Part shown: positions 45,160 to 54,783 of the stretch, in pieces
Layout of the letters: the number at the start of each line of letters is the position of its first letter
How positions within the stretch are numbered: the first letter of the stretch is position 1
Source: an uncultured virus (IMG/VR IMGVR_UViG_3300033075_000216)
Taxonomy: Duplodnaviria; Heunggongvirae; Uroviricota; Caudoviricetes
Length of the DNA: 64,000 nt
Reading direction: 5' to 3' (one strand)
Virus record (IMG/VR): IMGVR_UViG_3300033075_000216
Notes under the pieces: model-generated
Seen by the model: only the letters and a program-made list of their open reading frames with translations
Told to the model about the DNA's origin: nothing
Database searches by the model: none
Position numbers and translations under genes: made by a program

Positions 45160-45296
45160 GACTACAAATGAGTACGTACTCATTTGTTGGGACAGTACCT
45201 AAGCCACTTTATAATATTAGTCATAGCAATAAAAAGTTATTATAATGGCTAAAAAACTTATGATTTGGATGCATGATAATGGTCTAGGAGCTTAAT

Positions 45297-45578
45297 ATGA
45301 ACAATGTAGAGTTTAAACGTAAAGCACTTGGGGACTTGAAAGATCGCTTACCTGAGCGTATATTATTTACTCTTCAACGTGAGCTAGAGAATTGGAAGAA
45401 TAAAGATCCAAGCGGACTACTCGACGAACATAAAATGCGATATACTTTCTTATCCGTACTTAAATGGCACGGAGTTGAATGTCCACATCCATGGCGCAAA
45501 CAGATACACGAGCATATACCTATGGAAGATGGATATGAATGTACAATGTGCCGAGCTTATATCATGAGGAAACTTTAA
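45297..45578 (+). CDS. Hypothetical Zn-binding protein
   Basis: CPH...CTMC. Confidence 0.5.
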   Translation: MNNVEFKRKALGDLKDRLPERILFTLQRELENWKNKDPSGLLDEHKMRYTFLSVLKWHGVECPHPWRKQIHEHIPMEDGYECTMCRAYIMRKL

Positions 45579-45889
45579 TGGCTAAAAACTTATATAAGAA
45601 AAGACTTAAGGGTCATTATACTCAAGGTAAAGAATATAAAGGCGATTCTTTTGAGCGAGCCTATGCTAAAAAAGAAATTGTTGAATCAGTAAAAGAAATG
45701 AATGAAAACTATAAGCATCCATATAAAAAATCTAAACGTAACAGAAACATAAAGGCAAAGCTAAAGTATAAAATTGAATACTATGAAAAAGTCATTGAGT
45801 TATATAAAGAACTTAATGATAAAAAAATTTTAGCTATTCTACAAAAAGGTCTTATAAAAGCTAAGAAACAATATGAGGAAGAACAATGA
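45578..45889 (+). CDS. Basic hypothetical protein
   Basis: TAATG coupling; starts MAKNLYKK. Confidence 0.5.
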   Translation: MAKNLYKKRLKGHYTQGKEYKGDSFERAYAKKEIVESVKEMNENYKHPYKKSKRNRNIKAKLKYKIEYYEKVIELYKELNDKKILAILQKGLIKAKKQYEEEQ

Positions 45890-46155
45890 GCAATATTAAT
45901 TGGAACGAAGTAGCATGGTACGCTTATAAGTGTAGTTATCCTAATATGTTACAGTTAGCTCTAAACAACGGAGCTATAGTTAATTGGAACGACGTAACAT
46001 ATTATGCATATAATTATCCTAACATGTTATATCTAGCACTAAATAATGGGGCTTCAATTAGTTGTGGTAGGGTAGCATATTATAGCATAAAAAACAATCA
46101 CAAAGAATTATTAAAATTAGCTATTGAAAATAACGCTGATATGACTTGTTTGTAG
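45886..46155 (+). CDS. Ankyrin-like repeat protein
   Basis: Three repeats ending ML.LALNNGA / LLKLAIENNA. Confidence 0.5.
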   Translation: MSNINWNEVAWYAYKCSYPNMLQLALNNGAIVNWNDVTYYAYNYPNMLYLALNNGASISCGRVAYYSIKNNHKELLKLAIENNADMTCL

Positions 46156-46216
46156 CCTCTTTTGAATGGACAGGCTATCGTACTTAATGATTAAACAAGC
46201 TATAAGGTGTGTATAA

Positions 46217-46477
46217 ATGGGACTAAGACAATGTAAACATTGTGGATGGGTGCACTTTGCTGTATCTTTGAAACAGGCACAGGATGAAGTGGACAGGTTT
46301 AATACCTACTTTAATGCTCTCCCACTTGAACAGCGATAAAAGTATTATAGAAATAAACCGGCTTCTATTAAACGATATAAACAGTGCTTTGGTTGCGGCG
46401 GACCGCACACAAACTTCACTAATACAATAACATCAGATGTTACTGGTAAGACAATACAGAGTATATTAGAAGAATAG
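46217..46477 (+). pseudogene. Zn-finger gene interrupted by an in-frame TAA (46337-46339)
   Basis: MGLRQCKHCGWVHF...EQR*KYYRNKPASIKRYKQCFGCGG...; the two CxxC pairs lie on either side of the stop. Confidence 0.55.
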
Positions 46478-46575
46478 TGACGTAAATTGTTATACACTGT
46501 CTACTTCTTACACACACGCCACAAGCACTAAGTATTGAAAAACATTACAATGTCATGTTGGCACACTGTCTGCAA
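46477..46575 (+). promoter_or_regulatory. Sigma-54 promoter with conserved upstream box (early 2)
   Basis: TTGGCACACTGTCTGCAA (GG at 46560); box GTGACGTAAATTGTTATACACTGTCTACTTCTTACACA. Confidence 0.65.
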
Positions 46576-46586
46576 TAAATAGTAGT

Positions 46587-46997
46587 ATGAAACATTTAAT
46601 AATAGCTCTCCTGTTAATCAATAGCGCTTCCGGAGCACCCCTTAAAGAAAGCAGCTTAAAAGCTATATATGTTGCAGCAAAGACCTATAACGTTGACGCG
46701 CAAGACCTTGTTCGCATTGCGTTTTTAGAATCTTCTTTTAACGAACACGCAAAACGGGTAAACAAGAACAACACAATAGACTTCGGTTTATTTCAAATAA
46801 ATTCTGTTCATTGGTCTACAACATGCAAGCAATATGACATATTTAAGGTGACTGGTAATACCTTGTGTGCCGCGAAGCTTCTCGCACAAGCAAAGAAACA
46901 CGCAACTACCGATAAGCATTGGAAAGGTCGCTATCACAGCAAGACACCGAGTAAAAAACAGTTGTATGCCACTAAAATTGAGTTAGCATTAAGATAA
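46587..46997 (+). CDS. Secreted lytic transglycosylase (SLT)
   Basis: Signal peptide; IAFLESSF, DFGLFQINS, GRYHS. Confidence 0.85.
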   Translation: MKHLIIALLLINSASGAPLKESSLKAIYVAAKTYNVDAQDLVRIAFLESSFNEHAKRVNKNNTIDFGLFQINSVHWSTTCKQYDIFKVTGNTLCAAKLLAQAKKHATTDKHWKGRYHSKTPSKKQLYATKIELALR

Positions 46998-47007
46998 GGA
47001 GATTAGT

Positions 47008-47637
47008 GTGAAACATTACAAGTTGACAGATGAATATATAGAAAAAGCAGGTAGAAAACTTTATAGAATACAGGCAACTGTAGACATGCCGCAACATGGT
47101 GTGAAGGCAGGAGACCTTGGCGGGTTTGTGGAATCATACGAAAACTTGTTAGGAAATGCGTGGGTTGCAGACAATGCTAAGGTTTTTGATAATGCACGGG
47201 TTTTTGAAAATGCAAAGGTTTTTGGAAATGCGCAGGTTTCTGGAAATGCACGGGTTTTTGAAAATGCGCAGGTCTACGGAAATGCGCGGGTTTCTGAAAA
47301 TGCTAAGGTTTACGGAAATGCGCTGGTTTACAGAAATGCTTTGATTACAGATAACTCTACGGTTTATGGAAATGCGCGGGTTTATGGAAATGTGCAGGTT
47401 TATGGAGATGCCTGGGTTTGCCTAGGAAATATATCAAAACAAAACCAGCTTTCAACATTTCAAATAGGAAAAGGTTTTCATGCAACGGTAACACCTAAAC
47501 ATGCTACAATAGGGTGCACAACAAAAACACATAAAGAATGGTTAAAGGTTACAAAGAAACAAGCTGTTAAAATGGGTTTACCAGCAAAATTATATAATGT
47601 TTATAAGTCTACATTAAAAGCTGTAATAAGGAGGTAG
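47008..47637 (+). CDS. Hexapeptide-repeat (left-handed beta-helix) protein, paralogue 1
   Basis: LYRIQA..DMP.HGVKAGDLGGFVESYENL plus (GNAxVx)n. Confidence 0.75.
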   Translation: MKHYKLTDEYIEKAGRKLYRIQATVDMPQHGVKAGDLGGFVESYENLLGNAWVADNAKVFDNARVFENAKVFGNAQVSGNARVFENAQVYGNARVSENAKVYGNALVYRNALITDNSTVYGNARVYGNVQVYGDAWVCLGNISKQNQLSTFQIGKGFHATVTPKHATIGCTTKTHKEWLKVTKKQAVKMGLPAKLYNVYKSTLKAVIRR

Positions 47638-47641
47638 ATGT

Positions 47642-47863
47642 ATGACACAGTTAATTGCTCTCAGGACGCAAGCAGATATAAAAGATATTCTTTCGCACAC
47701 TGCTGGTGCGAAAGACGCAAGGAAGAGTCTCTTACGACGTTTAAATGACATGTTACAAGCCGCTGAAAGATATAAGGCTGTTGGAGACGAGTTTCACAAG
47801 AAAGCTTGTTTAGAAAGCGCACAGGCTTATTGTGAAGCTGCGAATGAGTTGAGAGGAGGATAG
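47642..47863 (+). CDS. Hypothetical protein
   Basis: AGGAGG RBS. Confidence 0.45.
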   Translation: MTQLIALRTQADIKDILSHTAGAKDARKSLLRRLNDMLQAAERYKAVGDEFHKKACLESAQAYCEAANELRGG

Positions 47864-47988
47864 TATGAGTCATAAAGAAAGTGTAATTAGGTTTTTAAAG
47901 ACGATTAGAGAGCGTCATTTGAACAGCGACGTTGATGTGGATGTTGAATATATTGCCGCCATTGATGACCTATTAGATAAAATGACAA

Positions 47989-48312
47989 GTGAGGAATGAT
48001 ATGATAACTGCAAAAGAAGCAAGAGAACAAGTTGATAAATTAATGAGCATAGAAAATCATTGTAAATATATCGACGAAAGGATAAGGGAAGCTTGTTCGC
48101 GAGGTTTGATAGGTTGTGATATTAGGACAAGCATGTTGTCAAACTTATCAGAACCCGATTCATTAGATCTTTTAATGATGTTTTTAGAAGAAGAAGAGAA
48201 CAGAAACAAATTAAGCGAACACTTAAATACGTTAGGTTACAACACTTCATATAATATAAAACAACACCCTGTAGCTAAAACAAACTCTATAACCTTAATT
48301 ATTCGCTGGTGA
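47989..48312 (+). CDS. Hypothetical protein (MITAKEAR type)
   Basis: ORF; likely start about 48001. Confidence 0.5.
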   Translation: MRNDMITAKEAREQVDKLMSIENHCKYIDERIREACSRGLIGCDIRTSMLSNLSEPDSLDLLMMFLEEEENRNKLSEHLNTLGYNTSYNIKQHPVAKTNSITLIIRW

Positions 48313-48405
48313 CGTAAATTGTTAGACACTGATTAAGTATTATACATCTATTTGTGTTGTATGTAATTGAAACTATTGATTCGTATTTTGGCACGCTGTC
48401 TGCAT
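48309..48405 (+). promoter_or_regulatory. Sigma-54 promoter with conserved upstream box (early 3)
   Basis: TTGGCACGCTGTCTGCAT (GG at 48390); box GTGACGTAAATTGTTAGACACTGATTAAGTATTATACA. Confidence 0.65.
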
Positions 48406-48428
48406 TAGTATATAAGTGAGAGGTAGTT

Positions 48429-48902
48429 ATGAATAAAATATCAATAAAAAGTGTTCGGGCTAAGATTCAAGAATGCATGGACGATGATATAAAGAACCTC
48501 GCTTTATTTAATACGCTTTGTGAACAACTAAAGAAGTATGACGGAAAGTCCATTGATAAGAGAGTTGAGAAGGTTGTAGACGGTAGACTTGAAAAATATT
48601 CAAGCTTTGTATGTCTTCGCCTAAATAATTTAGATAAGACTTTCACACTCTACTATACAAATCAACCTAGTTTTAGTTTGCAAGCATTTAAAGAATATAA
48701 TACTTGGACCGGAGAAGCTGCACAAAAACGTATAGAAGCTAATACAGCATTATTAAATGATAAAGATAGACTTAAGTTAATAGAGCATTCTTTAAATAAT
48801 GTATTAAAAGCTCAAGAGGCGCTACGTGTTGAACGTGAGGAAAGAGACAATGATGCAATGTATAACATCATGACACTATTGCCGGAGAGAGTGAAACTAT
48901 GA
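48429..48902 (+). CDS. Hypothetical protein
   Basis: GAGG RBS after the sigma-54 site. Confidence 0.5.
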   Translation: MNKISIKSVRAKIQECMDDDIKNLALFNTLCEQLKKYDGKSIDKRVEKVVDGRLEKYSSFVCLRLNNLDKTFTLYYTNQPSFSLQAFKEYNTWTGEAAQKRIEANTALLNDKDRLKLIEHSLNNVLKAQEALRVEREERDNDAMYNIMTLLPERVKL

Positions 48903-49075
48903 GCACAAAAGAAGAAAAGTTAAGAGCCTTAATAAGAACTAGACAATTCTTATTTGACCTCTTAGACCCTAAGAAAACACCCAAGGTGCCGCGATTTATA
49001 AGACGCCGCGCAAGTGACTGCCTAAAACACTATCCGTTTATGTTGCAAGATATTAAGGAGCTTAAAAATGAGTAA
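48899..49075 (+). CDS. Small protein, BPSL0761-like (58 aa, not in ORF track)
   Basis: E..RAL..TR.FL.DLLDP.KTP.VP..IR..A...LKHYP. Confidence 0.55.
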   Translation: MSTKEEKLRALIRTRQFLFDLLDPKKTPKVPRFIRRRASDCLKHYPFMLQDIKELKNE

Positions 49076-49141
49076 TATAATTGAACTAACTTATTATGTC
49101 GTACTAATAGCAACTGTATATCTAACCACAGGACACTAAAC

Positions 49142-49800
49142 ATGAAACACATCGAACTAGCAGTGAGCAACTACAAAGAGTTAAAAGAAGAGATCAAGAA
49201 ACTAGAAGAAGAGCTATCTTTCTACAAGAATGAGATTGAAAACTATCTATTAACAGTGCCAGAATTTAAAGATGAAAAGATTGGTTGCAGCATGGTAGAA
49301 TGTACTAGAGAGTCAGTGAATGTCAAAAAACTTAAGGAAGAACTTGGAGAAAACGCATATAAATTCGTAAAGACAACACACTATTCAATGTTAAAGGTTG
49401 TAAGGTAATATGTACACAAAGACTTTTGAAGTGGAATTAAACGGTGAGATGTATGAAGTGGAGGCGGAAGTGGACAATTCACAAACGTTTATGTTTGTTG
49501 AAGCCTTGAACATACTTCACAAAAAACTAGACGGAACAGATTCTATTGTAGATTTTAACGCTAAATTATTTGACGACATTGAACAATCTATCATAGTTCA
49601 ATTGGGAGGTTAATATGTACACACTTGTTTACGGAGCGCATGAGTTTAAGTTTGAGACACTAGATCAAGTTAAAAAGTATCTACAAGACAATTGGGCAAA
49701 CTTAGAAGATGTAAAGCTAGCAATGGAAGACTGTAAGACAAAAGGACATACGCGACTACACTTTGGCATGTATGGTTCGTATATGTTTTCAGAGGAATAG
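49142..49800 (+). other. Three small hypothetical CDS (49142-49408, 49410-49613, 49615-49800)
   Basis: Tightly packed ORFs. Confidence 0.5.
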
Positions 49801-50232
49801 ATGGACGCTATTTTGTTAATAAAACTTTACGCCGCAGCAGCCGGGTTAGATCCTAACATGGCGCTGGCAGTGGCTAAGGTTGAGTCAAACTTTAATCATC
49901 AAGTGGTGGGGCCAGTGGGTGAAGTGGGTATCATGCAACTAAACCCGCGCTACTTTGACAAGAGAAAGGTTAAGGACTTAAAAGAGAATATAAAACAAGG
50001 TATAAAACACATCCTACAAGTAAGACAAGAATGTAAGCATAAACTAAACATGGCTTGGGGTGTGTGTTATAACAGAGGAGTGCTGGGTGGAAATAAAACA
50101 AATCCTGAAAGTAATGGTTATGTGCTTAGGCTTCGCGATGCCTATAGAAAGTTCACACTCCTTGACATATGTAAGAGAAGAAAGGAATCGAATTGTAGTG
50201 ATAGATTCGGGAATGTTCGACGCAAACGCTGA
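49801..50232 (+). CDS. Lytic transglycosylase (SLT) 2
   Basis: AVAKVESNF, GIMQL, NIKQG, YNRG. Confidence 0.8.
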   Translation: MDAILLIKLYAAAAGLDPNMALAVAKVESNFNHQVVGPVGEVGIMQLNPRYFDKRKVKDLKENIKQGIKHILQVRQECKHKLNMAWGVCYNRGVLGGNKTNPESNGYVLRLRDAYRKFTLLDICKRRKESNCSDRFGNVRRKR

Positions 50233-50737
50233 CTTTTGGTGTAAAGATAATAGTCACAAAGATTTCACAGGAACAAACTTGATTGATAACATCGGACATT
50301 CTGAAGCTGTTGTCAAGGCAATTCTTTTAAATATGAATGTAAAACGCTTCTGCATCACTATGTTTAAATGGTGGGATGGGATGTATTCGGCTGCACATGT
50401 AAAATCGTATAGCAATTCCCTGAAAAATTTGGATAAAATTCGGTTTGTCACAATTGCGGCATCGGGTTCGGGATATATTTCTGAAGAATATAATGCATTA
50501 AAATCTTTAATAAATAAAAATGTAACTATTGTAGTAGCTGCAGGAAATGATCATAAAAATTTAGATAAAAGTTGCGACGTCTATCCAGCATGTTATAATT
50601 TGGATATGGTTGTGGCTTCAGATAATGTTAAAAGTAATTATGGAAGTGTTGTAGATAAATATGTAAGTGTTATAATAAACAATCAAACAGGTTCGTCTTT
50701 AAGTGCCGGGTATGTCACAGGGCAGTTAGCAAAATAG
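50060..50737 (+). CDS. Minimal subtilisin-like (S8) protease; start uncertain
   Basis: VVIDSG (D), GHSE (H), VAAGN (oxyanion N), TGSSLSA (S). Confidence 0.7.
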   Translation: MCVITEECWVEIKQILKVMVMCLGFAMPIESSHSLTYVREERNRIVVIDSGMFDANADFWCKDNSHKDFTGTNLIDNIGHSEAVVKAILLNMNVKRFCITMFKWWDGMYSAAHVKSYSNSLKNLDKIRFVTIAASGSGYISEEYNALKSLINKNVTIVVAAGNDHKNLDKSCDVYPACYNLDMVVASDNVKSNYGSVVDKYVSVIINNQTGSSLSAGYVTGQLAK

Positions 50738-50756
50738 AGAGAAGGGAGAGAACTAA

Positions 50757-52664
50757 ATGTATTTAGGAATAAGAGAAGGGTTGAGTGGGCAAACAAAGCT
50801 AGTTAAGTATAACGGAGATTTAACTTCACTAATATTTGCTGATAATAAAGATCACTATGTTACTCTATTTCAGTATGATGAATTTCAAAAAGATAAAATT
50901 GTAGCTGCGGGAAACAGAACTGCCGGCATAACAAATACAACAACCAACTTCTTATTCTTCGACCTAGATGACGCTGCTGACGTAGAACGTGCCGCAGAGG
51001 ATGCTAGAACTCTTGTACAGAGACTTTTAGACAATAAGTTTCAACCAGAAAACATCCTTTGTACGTTCAGTGGAAAGAAAGGCTTTGGTGTGTACGTAAA
51101 ACTAGATTACACAATAAGCAATGCAGAATTTAAGGCAATTACACAGGCGTTAGCGGGAGACTTGGAGACATTTGATCAAGTGGTGTCTGATCCTAATAGA
51201 ATTATTCGAGCTGTAAACACTTGTCATCAAGGGACTAATTTATTTAAAATACCATTGTCATTAGAAGAGCTGGATACACTATTTGTAGAAGATATTAAGA
51301 AACTTGCAACTTCTAAGCGAGAGTTTAAATCTTTACAAGCTTCTAAAGTTAAGTTTGCAGTGAAGGCAGTAGAGCCGGTTAAAAAAATTGCAATAAATGT
51401 GGCTGATCTTGATTGGACTAGCAAACCAACTTTCTTAACAAATTGCAGATATGCGTTACAAAACGGGTACATTGGAGAAGGAGAAAGAAACAACGCGCTG
51501 CTTGTTCTCGCTGCCACATATAAGAACCTAGGATTTGACATTGACCATACATACAGACTACTAAAGGGTGTTTGTGAAATTGAGTCTAAACGTAACAATA
51601 GAGAAAGGTTTGCTGACGCAGAGCTATACAACAATATATGTCTACAAGTATACTCTCCTACATGGAGAGGAGGACAAAGCTCTTGTAAACAAGATGGCTG
51701 GTTAAAAAGCTACTGCGAAAAGCTTGGACATAATAAATGTTCTCATGCAGATTTGGCTCCTGTTGTAGAGATAACAGATGTGTTTAGTAAGGTAGTGAAT
51801 TTTGCTAAGAACATTGAAAAGAATACAATTAAAACCGGAATACCAGAACTAGACTCTCGTATGCGTCTTATAACAGGACAACACACTGCTATTCTTGGCG
51901 CACCCTCCTCAGGTAAGTCTAGCTTAGCGCTACAGTTGCTTGAGAATACGTCATTAGCCGGCGTTAATAGTATATTCTTCTCTATGGACATGTCAGACAT
52001 CATTACAACTCTCAAATTATCATCGAGAGTGTCCAATCTTTCTATGGAAGATGTTATAGCCACAGCAAAAAACAATAGCGCAAAACTTCCAGACATTCAG
52101 AAAGGACTTAATGAACGTTATAAAAATGTTAGATTTTGTTTTAGAAATGGCCTATCCATCGAGAACATTAGAGAAATTATAGTAAGTGAAAAGAAGAGTA
52201 AGGACGTCAAGCTTATTGTTGTAGATTACGCAACACGTATCTTAGGACCTTGGTCGGATTCTAACGCCAACGGTGTGTACATCGCTAACGGGCTTCGCTC
52301 CATTGCTAACGAATTTGGTATACAGGTAGTGACTCTTGTACAGCCTCCTAAGTCTGCCGGAGATGCTAGGGATGAAATAACATCCATGAGACAGATTAAA
52401 GGCTCTTCTGTATTTGAAGAATCCATTGACAATCTTATCGCGGTTTATAGACCAGGCTTTGACAGTAACAATAGTGAGAATGATCGTTATCTAGTCATGC
52501 CCATATTAAAACATAGACTAGGTGAACTATTTACGCTAAACTTTAGATGGGAAGGTCGTACCGGCTCTATTAAGAGCTGCGGCTTTGAAGACGAAGAAAC
52601 TATTAAAGAACTTATGGAGAAGAATAGGAGTAGGGGTAGTGGAAACGAAGACGGCTGGAGTTAA
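50757..52664 (+). CDS. Primase-helicase (AEP-type primase + PriCT-like + DnaB-like SF4 helicase)
   Basis: FFDLD, FSGKKGF, RIIR; GERNNALL; Walker A GAPSSGKS; IVVDY. Confidence 0.85.
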   Translation: MYLGIREGLSGQTKLVKYNGDLTSLIFADNKDHYVTLFQYDEFQKDKIVAAGNRTAGITNTTTNFLFFDLDDAADVERAAEDARTLVQRLLDNKFQPENILCTFSGKKGFGVYVKLDYTISNAEFKAITQALAGDLETFDQVVSDPNRIIRAVNTCHQGTNLFKIPLSLEELDTLFVEDIKKLATSKREFKSLQASKVKFAVKAVEPVKKIAINVADLDWTSKPTFLTNCRYALQNGYIGEGERNNALLVLAATYKNLGFDIDHTYRLLKGVCEIESKRNNRERFADAELYNNICLQVYSPTWRGGQSSCKQDGWLKSYCEKLGHNKCSHADLAPVVEITDVFSKVVNFAKNIEKNTIKTGIPELDSRMRLITGQHTAILGAPSSGKSSLALQLLENTSLAGVNSIFFSMDMSDIITTLKLSSRVSNLSMEDVIATAKNNSAKLPDIQKGLNERYKNVRFCFRNGLSIENIREIIVSEKKSKDVKLIVVDYATRILGPWSDSNANGVYIANGLRSIANEFGIQVVTLVQPPKSAGDARDEITSMRQIKGSSVFEESIDNLIAVYRPGFDSNNSENDRYLVMPILKHRLGELFTLNFRWEGRTGSIKSCGFEDEETIKELMEKNRSRGSGNEDGWS

Positions 52665-54783
52665 CATACACTCTATAGATTCAGATGAAAAGTTAATCTA
52701 CTTAATAGACTATATTAAAGAAAATAACTTTGAGCATGTTGTATTTGATACAGAAACTGATAGTGTAGAAGAGAAGCTTGCAACGTTATATGTTATAGGT
52801 GTATATTTTGGTTATGATGATGCTTTTTATGTAGTTGTTAGAGATAAGGCTGGAAATGAAACATTATCAGCAGAACTTTTAAACCAATTTATAACCAAAT
52901 GTTTATTGTCACAAAAGTTAATAGCCCACAACGGTATATATGATATACTTGTTATAAAAAACAATACCGGAATAGATCTAACAGAAAGCCTATATCACGA
53001 TACGATACTTTCTAAGCATCTTATTGACGAAGAGCGTCCTTTTGAACTTAAGAAAGTGGGTGTTAAGTATTTAGGCGCATGGGCCGATGTGTCCCAAAAA
53101 GAGTTGTACGATAACATTAAGCAAAACGGCGGCTCTGTCACTAAAGACAATATGGAGATGTATAAAGCTGATACGGAAGTGTTGGGTCGCTATTGCTGTG
53201 TAGATACGATCATAACCTATAAGCTATATCAAATATTTAATGAAGAACTTGATAAGCAAAATTTAAGAAGTTTATACGAAACAGAAGTGATGCCTTTATA
53301 TAAACTATGCGTTATACCTATGAAGGATAGAGGGTTTCCAATTGATACAGCGCATTTTGAAAAACTCAAGCATGAGATAGAAGTGGAGCTTATAAGACTT
53401 GAGAGAGAGATATACGAAGATATAAAGAACGACGTGTCTGAGTTCGAACTTGAACTTATAAAGAAAGACATAAAGATAACAAAAAACAGCACCTTAGGAA
53501 AATTCTTAATTAAAGAAGGTGTGCAAGATATTTCCTGGGATAATAGTGTTGTTGTTGAACGAGCTAGAGAGTTTTTGTGTAATAAAGAAGAGCGTCTCTC
53601 TGTATTTAACATAACAAGCAATCGTCATTTGGCTTGGTTATTCTTTACTAAATATGAAATAAAACCTACGAGTTTTACTGAAAAAGGCGCGCCTCAACTG
53701 AACGCTGAAACTTTAGACAGCTTTAGTGGAGAACACCCTTTCGCCGACAAGATCATTGAATACAAAAAACTACAAAAGCTATTAAGCACTTATATTATAG
53801 GAGCATTAGATAAGCAAGTAAACGGTGTTATTTATGCAAGCTTTCTCATGTTTGGCACTACAAGCGGAAGGTTCTCTTGTACAGGATATAACTTACAAAA
53901 CCTACCTAGAATCAAAGACGACGATTCTAATCTATCTCCTCTCGTACTTAAATACACTAATCAGATAAAAGAAGGCTTTGTAGCTCCAAAAGGCTATAAG
54001 ATCGTAAATGCTGACCAAGAGGCGTTAGAGCCTAAAGCGTTTGCGGAAGCGTCAGGAGACAAAAAGCTACAACAAGTATTTATAGATAGACTTGATTTAT
54101 ATTGTGCTATTGCAATCGAAACATTTGGACTTAGTGAATATAGTTCTAATAAGAAGGCGGAGAACTATTTAAAGAATCATAAACCCGAAGCTAGGCAAAA
54201 AGCTAAGGTCATTGCTTTAGCGTGTGTTTACGGTGCTGGCGCTGGCCGCATTGCACAGATATTAGGATGTGAGTATGAAGAAGCTCAAAAGATTATAGAC
54301 GACTACCTAGATGCCTATCCGGATCTTAAAAAGTATATGGAAACTTGCGATAAGCTTGCTATGACACAAGGTCTTTGTTACACTAAGTTCGGAAGGGTTA
54401 GACATTTACCTCTAGCAAAAGATGTATACGCGCGTTACGGTAAAAGATTGCTTGAGGGTAAGTGGGCTAAGATGAACGGATTATCCGAGCTACGTAAGCA
54501 ATTTAAGAATTGCTTAAATAATGCAAAGAACTTTCCAATACAAGGAGTGGCTGCTCACATCATTAACCGCGCCATGATAGAGATAATGAAAGAATTTAAG
54601 AAACAAGGCATTGATGGATATATATGCGCTCAGGTGCATGATGAAATTACTTGTATAGTGAGAGAAGATCAGGCGGAACAGGTGGCTAAGATAGTACAAG
54701 ACAAAATGGAAAATACAACGAAGATATCCGTGCCGCTTCAAGCTAACCCTCTCATTGCAAATAATTGGGCGGAGGCAAAATGA
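52639..54783 (+). CDS. polA: DNA polymerase, family A, with 3'-5' exonuclease
   Basis: Exo motifs DTET, HNGIYD, YCCVD; TSGRFS; motif A DQEALE; motif B RQKAK...YG; motif C HDE. Likely GTG start at 52639. Confidence 0.93.
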   Translation: METKTAGVNIHSIDSDEKLIYLIDYIKENNFEHVVFDTETDSVEEKLATLYVIGVYFGYDDAFYVVVRDKAGNETLSAELLNQFITKCLLSQKLIAHNGIYDILVIKNNTGIDLTESLYHDTILSKHLIDEERPFELKKVGVKYLGAWADVSQKELYDNIKQNGGSVTKDNMEMYKADTEVLGRYCCVDTIITYKLYQIFNEELDKQNLRSLYETEVMPLYKLCVIPMKDRGFPIDTAHFEKLKHEIEVELIRLEREIYEDIKNDVSEFELELIKKDIKITKNSTLGKFLIKEGVQDISWDNSVVVERAREFLCNKEERLSVFNITSNRHLAWLFFTKYEIKPTSFTEKGAPQLNAETLDSFSGEHPFADKIIEYKKLQKLLSTYIIGALDKQVNGVIYASFLMFGTTSGRFSCTGYNLQNLPRIKDDDSNLSPLVLKYTNQIKEGFVAPKGYKIVNADQEALEPKAFAEASGDKKLQQVFIDRLDLYCAIAIETFGLSEYSSNKKAENYLKNHKPEARQKAKVIALACVYGAGAGRIAQILGCEYEEAQKIIDDYLDAYPDLKKYMETCDKLAMTQGLCYTKFGRVRHLPLAKDVYARYGKRLLEGKWAKMNGLSELRKQFKNCLNNAKNFPIQGVAAHIINRAMIEIMKEFKKQGIDGYICAQVHDEITCIVREDQAEQVAKIVQDKMENTTKISVPLQANPLIANNWAEAK

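Noticed and set aside
46337..46339. Stop-codon reassignment
   Set aside because: TAA, TAG and TGA all terminate well-supported genes and long genes are intact under code 11; only one internal stop was seen
30819..54783. Inteins or introns in terminase, primase-helicase or polymerase
   Set aside because: Motifs are contiguous, lengths are normal, and no C...HN[C/S/T] insertions were seen
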